Assembly: GCA_021613535.1 (NCBI GenBank)
Contig: CP075495.1
Coordinates: 7,130,001-7,194,000 of the forward strand
Source: Adineta vaga
Lineage: Eukaryota; Animalia; Rotifera
DNA length: 64,000 nucleotides
Direction: 5' to 3'
Shown here: one piece after another, positions 1 through 13,955 of the stretch
How positions within the stretch are numbered: the first letter of the stretch is position 1
Layout of the letters: every line of letters begins with the position of its first letter
Notes under the pieces: model-generated
The model's input: the letters and a program-made list of their open reading frames with translations, nothing else
Told to the model about the DNA's origin: nothing
Databases searched by the model: none
Made by a program: the position numbers and the translations under genes

Positions 1-1435
1 CTTAATAATTAAAGTATTTTGTATGTCGTGAAGAAAAAAAACTCATTAGTATACATCCGTTTCTGTACAGTGTCATTGCTTTTTTTTGTATATATGTTTG
101 CATGAAGTAAAATGATGGAAATTTCCGCATTGTTTGTTAACTATCATCACGTAATCGAATGTCCAATGATTTATCTATCTATTATCCTAGACAAGTCGGA
201 TTACAGGTGTTTGAATCGGGCAAGAGAAAGCTATGCGTGTGTTCATTTTTCATTCTTAGACTCAAATGTCGGAAATCACTATCGAGAAAGATAAGAGAAT
301 AATGTTGAATTGATAATCAAACAGAACGATGGACAACTGGACGAGACAAATCAATAGAAAATTGATTGTTATAAAACTCTTGAAACTTTCATTCTGTCTG
401 TTCATTTTACGATCATTAGTTACGTATTTAAAAATAATCTTGCTTGAATACGTTAGATGCAATCTGATCAGTATAAAAAAAAAGAAATCATTTGGAAATA
501 AATTACATATGTTCTGATCTTATTTCCCTTTGGAATGTTTCTTTTACATATGTATACCTACAATGTATACGTATGTTCATTATGAATAGAATAAGAAGAC
601 ATGTATTTTGTGTAAACTTATCATTAGATGTCATACACTTGTCGAACCAACACAAAATATATTTATCTATCCATGTATATATATATATAGATGAAATGAC
701 AAAGACAAGTATAATCCAACAGTAATTAACGTTTATATATCTAAGCACGTATGAGGTTTCATCATTAGAATTAATTTGTCAGTGGCAATGACAGAAGAGT
801 AAATCTTTTTGGCAAGGTTTTCTTTTCTTTAGATGATAGATATAAAAAGACAACTAGAACAAGAGCAAAGATGTGCTTCAATAGACATATATATATGGAT
901 CAATAAAATAGAACGAATAATAGAATGTCTCTTGTTTTAGAACGACATTCATCGTTGTCGTCGTATGTTATTTTAATTTAATAATCAAAAAGAAAACCCG
1001 AGTGCCCGCCATTTTTCTTTTTCTCTTCAAGACGTACAGCAATAGCAATTGAGAAGAAAAACGATGAAGTAAGGCAAATAATAGATGATGAACGCAAGCA
1101 AAAAGAATAGAGAGAGAAGGAGAGCGAGAAAGAGAGGGAGAGAGAGAGAAAGAGAGACCGAAGGTTCTTTACAGAGTATGAAAATGAACACACGATAGTA
1201 AGAATCTAATGAATTGTTAGCCTAAAAATAACTCTAGTTTGTCTTCTCTATTAATTTTCGATTATCACAAATGTTCTTATAAGTAATTTTTTTACAATCA
1301 TTTGTTCACATCTAGAACATAAGAGAAGGATGGTCAATTTTCTTTTCTTCCTTCCTCTCTCTCTCTCTTCTTCTTCCATTGACTGGACACTTCTGTTCTC
1401 TCTTGTTCATCACTTTCGCTTTCTTGCTCGCACAA

Positions 1436-1461
1436 ACATACATACATACATACATACATAC
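1436..1461. repeat. (ACAT)n microsatellite upstream of the neuroligin-like gene (a second shorter tract lies at about 1587-1605)
   Basis: Read directly from the sequence. Confidence 0.8.
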
Positions 1462-1729
1462 AACACAGTAGCACAGTCTTAGCACATCATCACATCACAC
1501 GGTTGGTTCCGAACAACAAAAAAAAGTCTCTCCATATAGTTAAGAGTATCATTCTTTTCTATCGAAGTCGATTGCATCACACACACACATACATACATAT
1601 ACATAGACGATAATGATGACGGCAATTTGCTGTTCTCTTCGTTTCTACTTTTTTTTGCTAAGTTCTTCTTATTCTTATTCTTCTTTTTTTAACATTGAAG
1701 ATTGTTGAATTGAATACATATATCAACAC

Positions 1730-4700
1730 ATGTTTTACTCACTGATCATACTGATCTATTTTAATCACCACCTGCTGTTACATACAACATCAGCATCGTC
1801 ATTATTATTTACACTTGATAATGTACGATATTCGTTATCGGATCGTGTATTGACCATACCTAAATTAGGTGCGCTTCGTGGCATTCATATTGATTATGAA
1901 AATGAATATCATAAAAAGTATAACCTTGTTAATGTCGAAGCATTTCTTGGTATACAATATGGATTATATCATGGAAGATTTGAACCATCAAAAGAACGTT
2001 TCGAACTTCATCCGACGACTAAAGTGAATAAACAAATTCATTTTGGACCAGCTTGTCCTCAATATATATGGAGAAATGAAAGTGAATTAATACGTATTCG
2101 AAATGAACAATTTGCTAAAGAATATTATCCAAAATTACTAAAATATATTCAAAAACAGAACGAAGAACAATGTCTATACATGAATATTTATCAACCACAA
2201 ATAAAAGATTTAAAAGGTGAGTTTTTTCTTTGATTGATGATCCTCATTAGTTTATTTTGTATACAATTCGTGTCATTTCTGAGATAAGCAGTCGAGCTGA
2301 AGATGAATGTCGTTATTATTATTATGATTATTATTGTTCTTCTGTACTAGACAACGATCGTTGTCTATAAAGCTCATTCTCACACATATACAAATGCAGA
2401 TAGGTTATTGATGTGAGGTGAATTCATTTTCCAATGATCGATGATCCCGACGTCCCGTCGATGAGTGAAACATACTACTGATCAGATGATGCACTAAGAG
2501 AGATGACATTGTTGATACACCTTTGATCTTTTGTATGCATACAAAGAGAGATACAGTTCCATTAAGAGTGCATCTCAATCTCAAATTTATATGTATATAC
2601 ATATATACTGAAGATGGTGTTGACGTGAAAGAAATATCACACTAATCCCGTAAGACATTCAATTGAACAAAAAAAAGACTGTATAATAAAATGACATTTA
2701 ATCTCTGTTTTTGACATGGATTGATAGAAAAATGAAGACTCGAGAGAGTTTCTTTTCAATTTCTTTATCTATTTAGAACGACTCCCAGTACTTCTCTTCA
2801 TACATGGTGATGGTTATGACATGGGTACGGGTGCCGCTTTTGACGGCGCTATATTTGCTAGTTATTCGAAAGCAATTGTTGTTACAATCAACTATCGACT
2901 TGGGCCTTTTGGTAAGTGAAATAGGAGAACATTAGCGGAGAAAGAAAGGAAAACAGAAGAAAGCGTCTTCGTTCGCATATATTTGCAGATCGACATCTCT
3001 CTTTCCATTTTCTACTCGAATGAACAACAACTTACCATAGCAATAGTTGTTGTAAGCTTGATCAAGGTTATATTATTTCCTGTGTATTCCACACAATTGG
3101 TGATTGCCAGTCGTTAGGGGTATTTCCGCTGTGCGCTCTTCTTCTAAACTAGACAAGTTTCTTATCAATGGGTGGCAATTATTCTTGATTAACTCACATT
3201 TGTCCCTCTTGCTAAACATTCTTGCGTATATTTGAGTCTATTACTAAACCGTCATTCAACCGCATGAAAGGACATGTCTATGTCGACTTTTTCTTTTTCT
3301 TTTAATATATACATATACTAAGTAAATCATGAAATCAAATGTAAATGATGAATGAATAAAAATTAGACGACAATGAGATTTATATGCATAAGCATTTGTA
3401 CATGCGCTCAATGCACTGATGATATAAGTTCTCAGAACGTCAAATCATTATTTGGCATTTTGTCATTATGACGAAGAGAGATAGAGAAAGAGAGAAGAAG
3501 AAAAATCTGAAAAAAAAGGCCATAGGGTGATTTATTTATTTTAATAATTATTGAGATAGAGAAGTTACTTTAATTAGACAACATGGGTGTGAGAAAGAAA
3601 CGAATGATGTAATTTCGTCCATGTCTCATCACAATCTTTTCTGTCCGGGTGCCATTTATGTTTACACACAAATATACACATCAAGATGTATATGTAGAGT
3701 CACAAGAGATTAATGAAGAAGGATAGTCGAGTGTGAGCTTAAGGCAAAAATATTCATTAATCAACTGTCTTCAATCGATTTGTCTTTTTCTTTTTGCTTA
3801 AGAAGCCAAGATAAGGTATGTGCGTATGTATTGCTCAACAATGTCATATGAGAAACACAATTGATAAAATAACATTCAACGTGAATAGAAGAAAAAGAAA
3901 GAAAAATGTATGTTGTAGATATACATATATAGAAAAGAAGTCAAATACAATAGAATAGTCAGTTAGTCAATTTGATTGTTTGAAAAGAAAAAGAATTACC
4001 CAAGGTGTCCGTTCACTCTTGTCTAGAACAACATTCAATTACGGGTGTAACGTATGACGTCATACAATTCAATTAGATATATTTTTTTATTATTACGGCT
4101 GTCGACCAATATCTATATAAAATAGCGTGACTTAACACTCAGGATAAAAAAGAAGCCTTGACAAAAGAAGATTTGTCTTTACTCTGGTATTCTAAACATG
4201 CGATCAAGTTAATAATAATAATCATCTATCTATCTATCTATCAATCTATGTCGAGACATCGATTATTACTACTTTTCGAAGCATATGATAAAACAGGCGG
4301 TTCCTGGTTGTTGTGGCCGATGTCATTGCTAAGCTATTTTATAAGCATGTGTGTGTGCGTATGTACATATACATAGACGATATGAATGTTTACATGCCCG
4401 CAATCATAGTCTGATCTTGATCTGTTAAATGCTCGCAGGAGCAGTTGTTCAAGAATCAAAAGAAAAGAATAATATGGCTTTTTAAAAATGTTTGTTTGAT
4501 CTTCTATCGACAGTCATATACCTTTATAAACATTCTTACTTAAAGATAAAAAGATAGAGAAAAAGTTGTTTCTCTCACGAGAATTATGCAAGTTTTATTT
4601 CGCTTCATTTTTTTTCTTCACATTGTGTGACAGACGATTATAATACCGGTATGAATTTCATCGTCAGCTTACATACAATACAGTTAATAGCATGTACAAG

Positions 4701-6656
4701 GTTACATTTACTTTTCTAGGTTTTCTCTATCTATCACGTGAGAATAAAGGTGATTATGCATTACAAGATATCTATACTGCATTACATTGGTTAAAAAATT
4801 ATGTGACAAATTTTAACGGAGATCCAGATCGAATTACATTGTATGGAACAGGATCCGGCGCTGTGTTAGCTAGCCTTGTTGTTATGCTTGAAACTGTCAA
4901 TGGTTCGTATATTTCTTTTTATGCTTACAAAATTTACCTTGAATTTAATCTTTCAATGTATCTAGGTGGTACAGGAACAATGAAACGTCGTAAATCGTTA
5001 GTTCATCGTTTAATTTTAAATGATCAAACATTTCTATCTCCATATATGACATCGATCATCAATGAAATCTCATCCTATCAAAAAGATATTCTATCTCATT
5101 TATCATGTACAACATCTCAATGTTTACGTAATCAAACTATAATTAATACAAATCATTTCTTAGAATTAAATACCTATTCAAAAGTTTATGGATATATTAA
5201 TTATCTACGTCCATTAGAAAATCCATTTCCATTTTTCAATATACCACTAGAAACAAAATTGGATCAAAATAATCCTTTAAGAATGAAATTCTATCAACAA
5301 TCAAATGTACTTCTTCCAGAAAATCTTCCAATATTATTAACAACATCACCTTCAATCAATTCATCATTGTCAAAACAAACCAATCTATATAATAATATTC
5401 CGATTGAAAATTTACTCAATTATGCTTATACAAAATGGAATCGAAAAACGCATGCATATCAATTCGATAAATTCTTATTAAATTATCATCAACAAATTCT
5501 TGCACCTTTAATTAAATATGCTAAATATGCGTCAACTAATGGAAATATTCATATATTAGAACGTTATACAAATAAATATCAATCAGAATTACCATTTACA
5601 TTTGGATATGTTTTAGCACCATCGATGAGTATTTATAATGAAACATATTTAAATGCAAATGAAAATGAAAAAATTGAAAGTATGAAAATGATGGATCTAT
5701 TTGCTAAATTATTACATAATGGGTAAGATTGAATCTATCGAATAAAATTATCAAATCATCTCTTTATGTTGTTGTTTTTTTTAGAAATATCAATATCAAT
5801 TCACCCTATTGTAAAGATATACAATGTGAAGCAAAAGATAAATGGAAAACAGTTTTCCCTGAATTTAATTTTCTTCATCTAAAAGGTAATTTCATTTCCA
5901 TATTAAATACTTTTCTATTAATCGAATGAATACATTCTCTCTTTAGATGGTAATTTAAGTCAAGTAACTGGTCATCATACTCAAGTACATTATCTATTTA
6001 ATCAACTTATAACCAATTTGACTGAACATTCATTCGATATGGATTTATTAAATACTTGGAAAACACTTTATGAAGTTTCACAAACAGCTAATTTATCAAC
6101 ATATCAATCAATGAATATTTCACCATCAACATTAACCAAACGATTCTCTCCATTACTCTATTCGCATTTCATTAATCAAAAATATGTCTTTATACTTTCT
6201 TTGAGTGCATTAATATTATTAATAATCAATTTTTGCATTTGTATTATTGTTTCAAGACGTGGACATGGTTGTCGAAAACGTGAATATAATTGTCTAAATA
6301 ATCATAAACAATTAAATCTTATCAATTCTTCTGATAAACAACAAAAACAACAGCAACAACAACAACAACAACAACGGGGCGGCTCATCACCATCAAGTAC
6401 GAATAGTAATGGTACAATAACGCTCGATTCAACACAACAGTTAATTATCAATACAAATTCTCATGAACAAGATCATCGTTCATCACCCTTATCATCTCTT
6501 CTATGCACAACAACGAATAGTAGTTTTCATAGTACATCACCTATTGATACAATTCATCCAATAAATATAACAAAAAAGAATGGAATTTTAAAATGTTCAT
6601 CAATAAAAAAGACGAATACACTTGCATCATCATCTTTACCTGAAGCTATTGTGTAA
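1730..6656 (+). CDS. Neuroligin-like / catalytically inactive carboxylesterase-family type I membrane protein (about 6 exons)
   Basis: Signal peptide. Carboxylesterase motifs FLGIQYG, GPACPQ, EQCLYMNIY, exon 2777-2911 LPVLLFIHGDGYDMGTG..IVVTINYRLGPFGFL, and GDYALQDIYTALHWLKNYVTNFNGDPDRITLYGTGSGA (GxSxG serine absent). TM segment at about 6185-6250, poly-Q, C-terminus LPEAIV. GT-AG junctions are in frame. Confidence 0.85.
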
Positions 6657-7012
6657 TTATATATAAATAGATGTATTTTTGGTTTTGTTTTTTATTTCTT
6701 GAATAAATATGACTGTTTGGAACAGTGAGATTGTATGAATAGGAAATATTTTACTTTTTCGTTGAATGATGTCAGAATCATCTGTTTAGATCATTGTGGA
6801 TTTGATAATCTAAAATAAATCATGATTTCAATGTGAAGACTTTAAAGAAAAGAATTTTTCTATTTCCTTGAGAACATATTAGATTGAAAAATGATATAAA
6901 TTTTTTGCTCTCCTTGAAATATTAACAAGGAAAAAAGGAGTTTGTTCAACACATGTTCTGATTGTTAATAGAGATTCTTTCTTCTCAATCAATGTTAAAA
7001 TTATATAATCGA

Positions 7013-8270
7013 TTAACAAACCATCGATGATATTGTTTGATTATCATCATCATCGGATGTCTCTGGTTGATTCAACCATTGAATAGATGTTTCACTCATC
7101 TGTTGAATTTGATAGTTTTCTATACCAACGATGAAAAATTTCTTCTTCGACTATGTCGTTGTCATAGAATTTCAGCAATCATTTTTTTAGTTAAAATTCG
7201 TTCACGAATTTTTTCTTGATCATTCATCAATGTTTCTAATGAATGTAATAAATACATTTGTCCTTTTCGATTGTTCTCACATAACTATAAAGATAAATAG
7301 AAACTAAATCTTTCGTCTGTAATATTGAAAACAAATGTTATTTTTTGAAAGAATAATTTATATAAATCGATTTCTTTTAAAATATCTTCAGTAAATAGAC
7401 ATTTTGCCGCAATTAATGGTCTTTTGTTATCTAAATGAGACATATTCATTCGTTTCCTACACAAGAGAATATTCAAATAAAGAATACTTTATTCTTATAG
7501 AGAATTTCATACGGTCATAAATTGTAGATGTTTGATGATAAATGAAGTCAATTTATGTATCTTCATATTTTCTGAACCTTGATATCCACAAGCAAAACAA
7601 ACTTTCTCAAGTTCAATGTCATCGCGTTTACATAGAACCTATGAGTATGAATAATATTATAGCAAAATCAAACAAATTGAAATTAAATCATGGATTTCTT
7701 AGTAGCAATTTGTTGTGATGCTTTTTGTCTATGACAAATGACAACCAGGGGAAATTCTATTTATAGATTCTGTCTAACTCATTAACAAAGAAGACTTATT
7801 TCCTTGACTCACAATCATTTGTCTTCTAGTTTATAACTAATCTAATAAATCAGAAGCTAAGACCTTGAATAAATTAACATACAAGTTTTGCTTCTGGTAT
7901 ACCACATCTTACACAAGCGAGAAATTTTTCAATAAATTTATCCATTAAATCTTCTAAAACTTCTGATGTATGAACACCTTGAATTGCATAATAATTTTGC
8001 TGAGTTTCTTTAGAAATTGGTACATCTAATTCATAGCAAAAAAATTTTGTTATATCTTTTAAGAAAAAAAAACATGAATAAAAGAAAAATTAAAAAGAAA
8101 TTTTTTGACATACAGACTGGAGAACGACGAAGTGTTTTTCCAATAGTATTGACATTCATTAAAACAGTTCTTACATCGTTCCCTATATGTTCAATTTTTA
8201 TTTGAAGTTTTGGCATTTTATAACAATAGAATGGATCAGTTTTTGGACCAACAATATTTACAAGCGCCAT
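7013..8270 (-). pseudogene. EIF5: Degenerate or truncated eIF5 paralog: N-terminal domain intact, W2 domain disrupted
   Basis: Spliced N-terminal exons read MALVNIVGPKTDPFYCYKMPKLQIKIEHIGNDVRTVLMNV..., YITKFFCYELD..QGVHTSEVLEDLMDKFIEKFLACVRCGIPEAKL, ..CFACGYQG..HKLTSFIIKH. W2 remnants PLIAAKCLFTEDILKEI, KGQMYLLHSLE, FYDNDIVEEEIFHRWY and IQWLNQPETSDDDD lie in different frames with stops. One donor reads AT instead of GT (7341). Confidence 0.85.
7655..7825 (-). ncRNA. Candidate box H/ACA snoRNA in the 244-nt intron (7639-7882) of the eIF5 paralog
   Basis: On the minus strand: hairpin GACAAATGA...TCATTTGTC, hinge with AGACAA (ANANNA), second hairpin AGCA-TCAC-AACAAATTG...CAATTTGTT-TGATT-TTGCT, then ATA (an ACA variant). 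No target identified. Confidence 0.5.
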
Positions 8271-9194
8271 GCTTATATTAAATTTGCTCAAACACTTTTA
8301 ATATTTGAAATGTTTTGCACGATAATAAGTTAAGTTTGAAAATGTTAACATGAAATATATCCAATCAATTGATTATGTATAAATGTCGTAAACGAAGAAC
8401 TTACGTACTGCTAGCAAAGTTATATAAAGGTGAAGTTTTGCTATATTTATTTATGTGATCGTTTTCATAGTGTATATTCACTATTGCGAAATACTGATAC
8501 CTCATGACTCATAATAATATGTTTGAAATATATAGAAAATAGAATATTTGATAGAATTAAAAACTCAAGTATTTCTTCAGCGAATATTTATGATAAGAAT
8601 ACACAAAAAATTAAAATAATTCGTTAGATGATTGTCAATTTCAATGAACACAGTCTTGATAATTCTTCAAAGGCCAAACACTACCATCGTTAAATAACAA
8701 CAACAGATATGTTCGATACTCAACAATTAAAACTACACACACATCTTTCGTTCTGTTCATTTGAAGTAAAACACTACGATTCAATATGTTTGTTATGTCT
8801 GGCAAGTTCGCATGATTGATTTTCTCCTTACAGACAAGAGTTATCAATGATTGCTTTTTTGTTAAACAAATTGTTTCGTGATCACACAGATGTGACAGTT
8901 GGCTGTTTCTTTTCTTCCGAGAAAAAAACACATTGTGATGGTTTATTTCTTGCCAAAATAGTTTCTTTTTGCGTTACTGTGTGAGAAAAAGAAAAAAACG
9001 AAGGAAAATACAGCATTTTTGTAATTCCGTTTTTCTCGTCGTCATGTTTGATTTACATAGAACAAAAATGTAAATGTTTTTTGTCTTTCAAACAAAGTTA
9101 CTCTTGAAATTTTTCTTCACAACCACAAACGAAATTACACGTGAACATTCAGTTTCTATTGTTCGTGGAATTCCATATAATATTATCAGTTACT

Positions 9195-9671
9195 ATGAAC
9201 AATAATTATCGAGAATCACCACCATCATATAGTAAGTATTAATATCTATTTAGTTAACGAATAAATGTGATTTCAATTGTAGAAGATAGTCTAGAAAAAT
9301 CGGTTTATCATTCATCGAATGATCGATTAGGAACGTATGCAGTACTACCAGCAGCAGCTGAACAAAGGGAAAATATGAAATATATAAATTACAATGAAGA
9401 AGATTCACTTATGTCTCTAGGACAAAATATTTTACCGATTGAAGTAGGACATGAACCACTTCACTGTACTTGTTCCAATTGTCAGTCTTCGATTGTTACT
9501 CTTGTGCAACAGACACCTGGATTATCAGTGTGGCTTTTATGTCTTTTGACAATCATCATAGGTTGTTGGCTTGGTTGTTGTCTAATACCATTCTGTATAC
9601 GTGGAATACAAAATACTCAACATTATTGTCCAAATTGTAAAGCATTAATCGGTGAATATCGTCCTTTATAA
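9195..9671 (+). CDS. LITAF-domain protein (2 exons: 9195-9231, 9283-9671)
   Basis: N-terminal PPSY motif. CSNC...hydrophobic WLLCLLTIIIGCWLGCCLIPFC...HYCPNC LITAF zinc-ribbon signature. Confidence 0.92.
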
Positions 9672-9791
9672 ACTTAGATCAATCAATAACTGATTTTATT
9701 ATCATATGAGTATATAATAAAAAATATAAATTAAAATAGAATAAGACCCATATTTGAGTATTTATTACGTTTACTATTTCTTTTTGACTTC

Positions 9792-10719
9792 TTAAGTATT
9801 AATTAATAATGAACTATTATGTTTAACTGCATGAAATATTTTTTTACCATCTTTTAATGATTGTCGAATATCATCTTCACTAAGTGATGTAAAAAATACG
9901 TTCATATTTGAAGAATCATACATAAGCATTGTTAAATTAAACATATGTGCAACAGTTGGAATAAGAAATTCTTGATAATAATAATTATCATCAAATTGAC
10001 TCTCAATAATGTATTGTCTTTCATTGTACAATTGTTCGATATAATATTTATGTGCATTTATTAACCGATGTGATATACGTGAGAGCATATTTAATGAACC
10101 GGACCATTTCTTCTCTGGCAATATTTTTAAAACGATTTTTGGCCACCACATCCAACTAAATTAAAAAGAAGTAAAAAGATTTCGAAAAAATGATTAGAAA
10201 TTCTAAAACTTGCTCAAGTGTTTCATTATTCCTATAGATAATATTTCTTGACAGTAGATCAGCTGTATTATGTTCATATTTGTTGAATAAAGCAAGCATA
10301 TGACGTGCATGAGTCCATGTAAGATCATCTTCCATTAACCAAACATAATCGATCCAAGTTTGGTTATAAAGCCAAAGAAAAACTCGATCCCAAACACGAT
10401 TTCTAGTTAAACGATAACGAGCAAGAGTTTCATCATCAACATATAAAATACGATTTGTTATATTAGTATATTTAGATGGTTGTTCATCACACATAACAAA
10501 AGCATTAATACCAATCTTAACTAAAGCATCTAAATGTTTAAGAACTTTTGATGTTGGCTGTCTTGCCAAGATAATTGCCGTATGATTTCTAATTGCAGGT
10601 ATCGGTGATGAACGGATATATGTTCTATTGATGTTGAAAAGTAGATGAGATTGATAATAATATAAAAGAAAACAACAAGTAAAAAGAAGACTACCACCAA
10701 ATAAATAACGATACTCCAT
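9792..10719 (-). CDS. Type II membrane protein, putative GT-A-fold glycosyltransferase (2 exons, GC-AG intron 10156-10213)
   Basis: N-terminal TM anchor and DYVWLMEDD (DxD-like) motif. The two ORFs join in frame through a GCAAGT...TTTAG intron, giving NNETLDWMWWPK. C-terminal YYQEFLIPT and IFHAVK. Confidence 0.65.
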
Positions 10720-13700
10720 TGATTCTAATAAACAATTTCGATAAAATACATAAGAATATACTAAAAACAAAATAACCTTTATACTTAGTAAACTTCATCA
10801 TGAAAAGTCATTTGTCTTCTGATTAATTTAGATATCATCTTTCCTTATTTGATGTCAACAGAAATATCATTGAAAGAAATCATGCTATGTTACTTGAAAC
10901 GGATTAGAATGTAAGAATAAAATGACAAGGCATGTATGCGTGATGTTTTATTCCCGTGTCGTTAAGACTAAACTTAATAATGCCAATAAAAGCAAATAAA
11001 CACAACAAAATCTTTTGCGAATGTTTGGCTTAATAAATTCATTGAGAAAATATTTCTATATGAATTATAAAGCGAATAGTTTAAATTTCAGATCTAAGAA
11101 ATAAATTGGTGCTTTAATTATATCCTTCTATTCATCGTTATTTCCAAATATATTTAGACAAAAAAAACATTACCTTGATTAAACGCTTCAAGCCTTTTAA
11201 TAACACAATCTACATTTGCATGTAGACATAAATATGCAACTATTTATTCACGATATCTCAAATAGGAGGTAAAATCAGCTAATGAAATGAGATGCTTTAA
11301 AAGAAAAACAACTTTTCAATTGAATATAATTTTACTTCTAATATTTTAAAAAACGAACATCATTGTTACTTTTGTTGCTGACTCGTAAAGGTACGTCACA
11401 GTATCGAATGAAATACAACAGCTGTAATTATGGCAATTTGATTTTCATATGATCGAAAACAGAAGATTCGATTCTTTGACTCTTTCATACTAAAAAAACA
11501 GTACAGCAAGTTCTAAATTAGTCTCAATATTTTCAAAATCTATGTCAGCTATGAAATAAAATAATTAAAGTTCTATATTTATATATATATATACATGAGT
11601 TAGTTTTTTTTTCTTTCTTTATCTTTAGCCATGTCAAGCGGAAATTCTCATTGCGATAGATAAAACTGTGTGACTAGTATGTCAGCACTACACTGTGATT
11701 TTGTAATGCTATTAATAAGAATGGCGGAGAAAGTGCGAGAAAATACCTTGAGAAATATTGAAAAAGACAGTTTGAATGATTTTTCTATATTAATCTGGTT
11801 TTAATTTCAAAAGGCAATGTTTTTTTTGCGTTTCATATAGAGTCTATGAACTTTTTTTGTATTTCATATTGAATTTTGACAACAAAGTTGAACCAATTTT
11901 ATTCAAAGACTGGCAGGATTAGGAGGACTTCAGAGACAAAACCCTTTTAACTGTTAAAAGAGTCGAACTATGTTCACTACAATTAGCAATGTCTTTATCT
12001 TCATCTACGATATCTTTTTTTTCTTTACCTCTTACTTTTATTCTCATATTCTATATACACAAGATGTGTCTTATTCATATAAATTATTTTGTCACATTGA
12101 GACTGTTGCGTATCTTAATATGTCATGACTACTATGAAACTTTGGGAAACTAAGGAGAATGTCATGAATTAGACGAATAATAGAAGTGTATGTGATAATT
12201 AAATTCTTTTCTCGACAATTTATTGCTTCATAGCATCTCAACTGAGCTATCACTCTCCATATATTGCTTTGAAGCAGTAAATTCTAGTATCGAAGAATAT
12301 TAAAAACATCTAGGACCTACTTAGTTCCCCGTGACACAGTACAAACGAGCATTTTGTTTTTCGGTAGAGTGCGGCTATTTCTTTCAAAATGAAATAGCTG
12401 CGTAACTATGCTACAATTAGATAGATAACTGTGGCGCAACTCAGTAGATAAGTATGGCATAAAGTGGCTATCTCTTTGGTGAAACTCACATATTTTTTTC
12501 AAATAAAACTAAATGAATCTAGGTTCTATTTCCTCCTCAAATCCTTACAGCAAGTGTTCACCATAGATGGAGACGGAGTTCCAACAATAACTTACTATCA
12601 TCGTAAATGAGCTATATAAGTTCCATATTTTACTCCTAACAGGGTTGTGCTGAATAGTTTTTTTTGATAAAAACAAGTGAAATATCTTGTCTCAGAAATC
12701 AGTAGAATATGTGTTTTAGTTTTTAGACAGTATCGATCAGCTGTCATTTATATATAAAAGCAATTATATTTGCAGGTAAAATGAGGTAGCGAAGGACCGA
12801 GTGAATTCACTTTCGATGAACATTACTTGTAAAGTAATCGTTAAAAAATGCTTATTTTGCAGACAGCGAACATTCTGATACGTAAATGGTACGAAAAATC
12901 TATTACAAGGAAATCCATCATTTCCGTTTAATGAATGTACAAAATCAATAAATGAGATAATTAATTGTCTTGAGGTTTGCGATTATTGACATCTCTTGAT
13001 GGATGCTTTCACTTTCTTATGTTTTTTTTCAGTATTGTAATGTCACAGATTTACTCATCGAGTAACAGCATGACGATCAAAATCATATCTTGTTTGATTA
13101 TGTTAAATCTATTATTTTTATGTTACAGAAGAACAAAAAATACTAAATAAAACATCCATTATGCAAAGAAATGAATCTTATATGTATCTTTTAAAAGTGA
13201 ACAATATATTGCTATAAACACAATCTTCCTATTTTTATCATACAATTTGTATTATGTTTACACTTTAGCGGTTTGCAACAGAATTCGATATTACTGATGG
13301 AAACCTTTGAATCGATCTCGTGAACAAGTGCATTGATCTGTTACTTCTATTTACATAAAAACAAAACTTGTTTTTTCTTTAAAATTGGACGTTTTTTGAA
13401 TTCGTTTTGAATAAATTATTAAAAAGAGAACGCACTTGATGTTTTTAGTACAAACACTGAAAATCTGTAAAATAAATATTGATTTCTTCTCTATTCTAGA
13501 ATCAATCGCAAAATCTAGACATCTCACTGAAAAGTTCGTCTATACAACGTCTCTATTAACACATATATTTGCCATTGTTACTGTGTTTTCTTTAACTTTT
13601 TATTCTTTCATGTGTATGAAAAATATAAAGAGAACTCAATCTTATGCAAAGAAAACTAATGTACTTATTGCTGAAAGCGATATATAAACTTTTCTTTTCA

Positions 13701-13955
13701 AAAGTTCGAATTGTTGAAAATTGTCAAAACATCTCTTTTTCTTTTAAAATCAATTCGTCTCACTTTCAGTGTAAAATTTTGATTCAAAAGAGAGAGAAAA
13801 ATGCCCCCTCGAACTTCAAACTGGCAATGAGAGAGAAAAAGAATTCAATTTATTTTTGTTCGTTTCGATTTAAAAGTAACATTGCAAGAAGAACAGAATA
13901 CTTGTTTCTTATAGTGATAGATAGATTTTCAAACGTTATTTTTTGAAAATATTCA

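Noticed and set aside
12240-12660. Slightly GC-richer intergenic stretch with a hairpin and a 61-aa ORF, possible transposon relic
   Set aside because: No transposase or reverse transcriptase motif and no definable termini.
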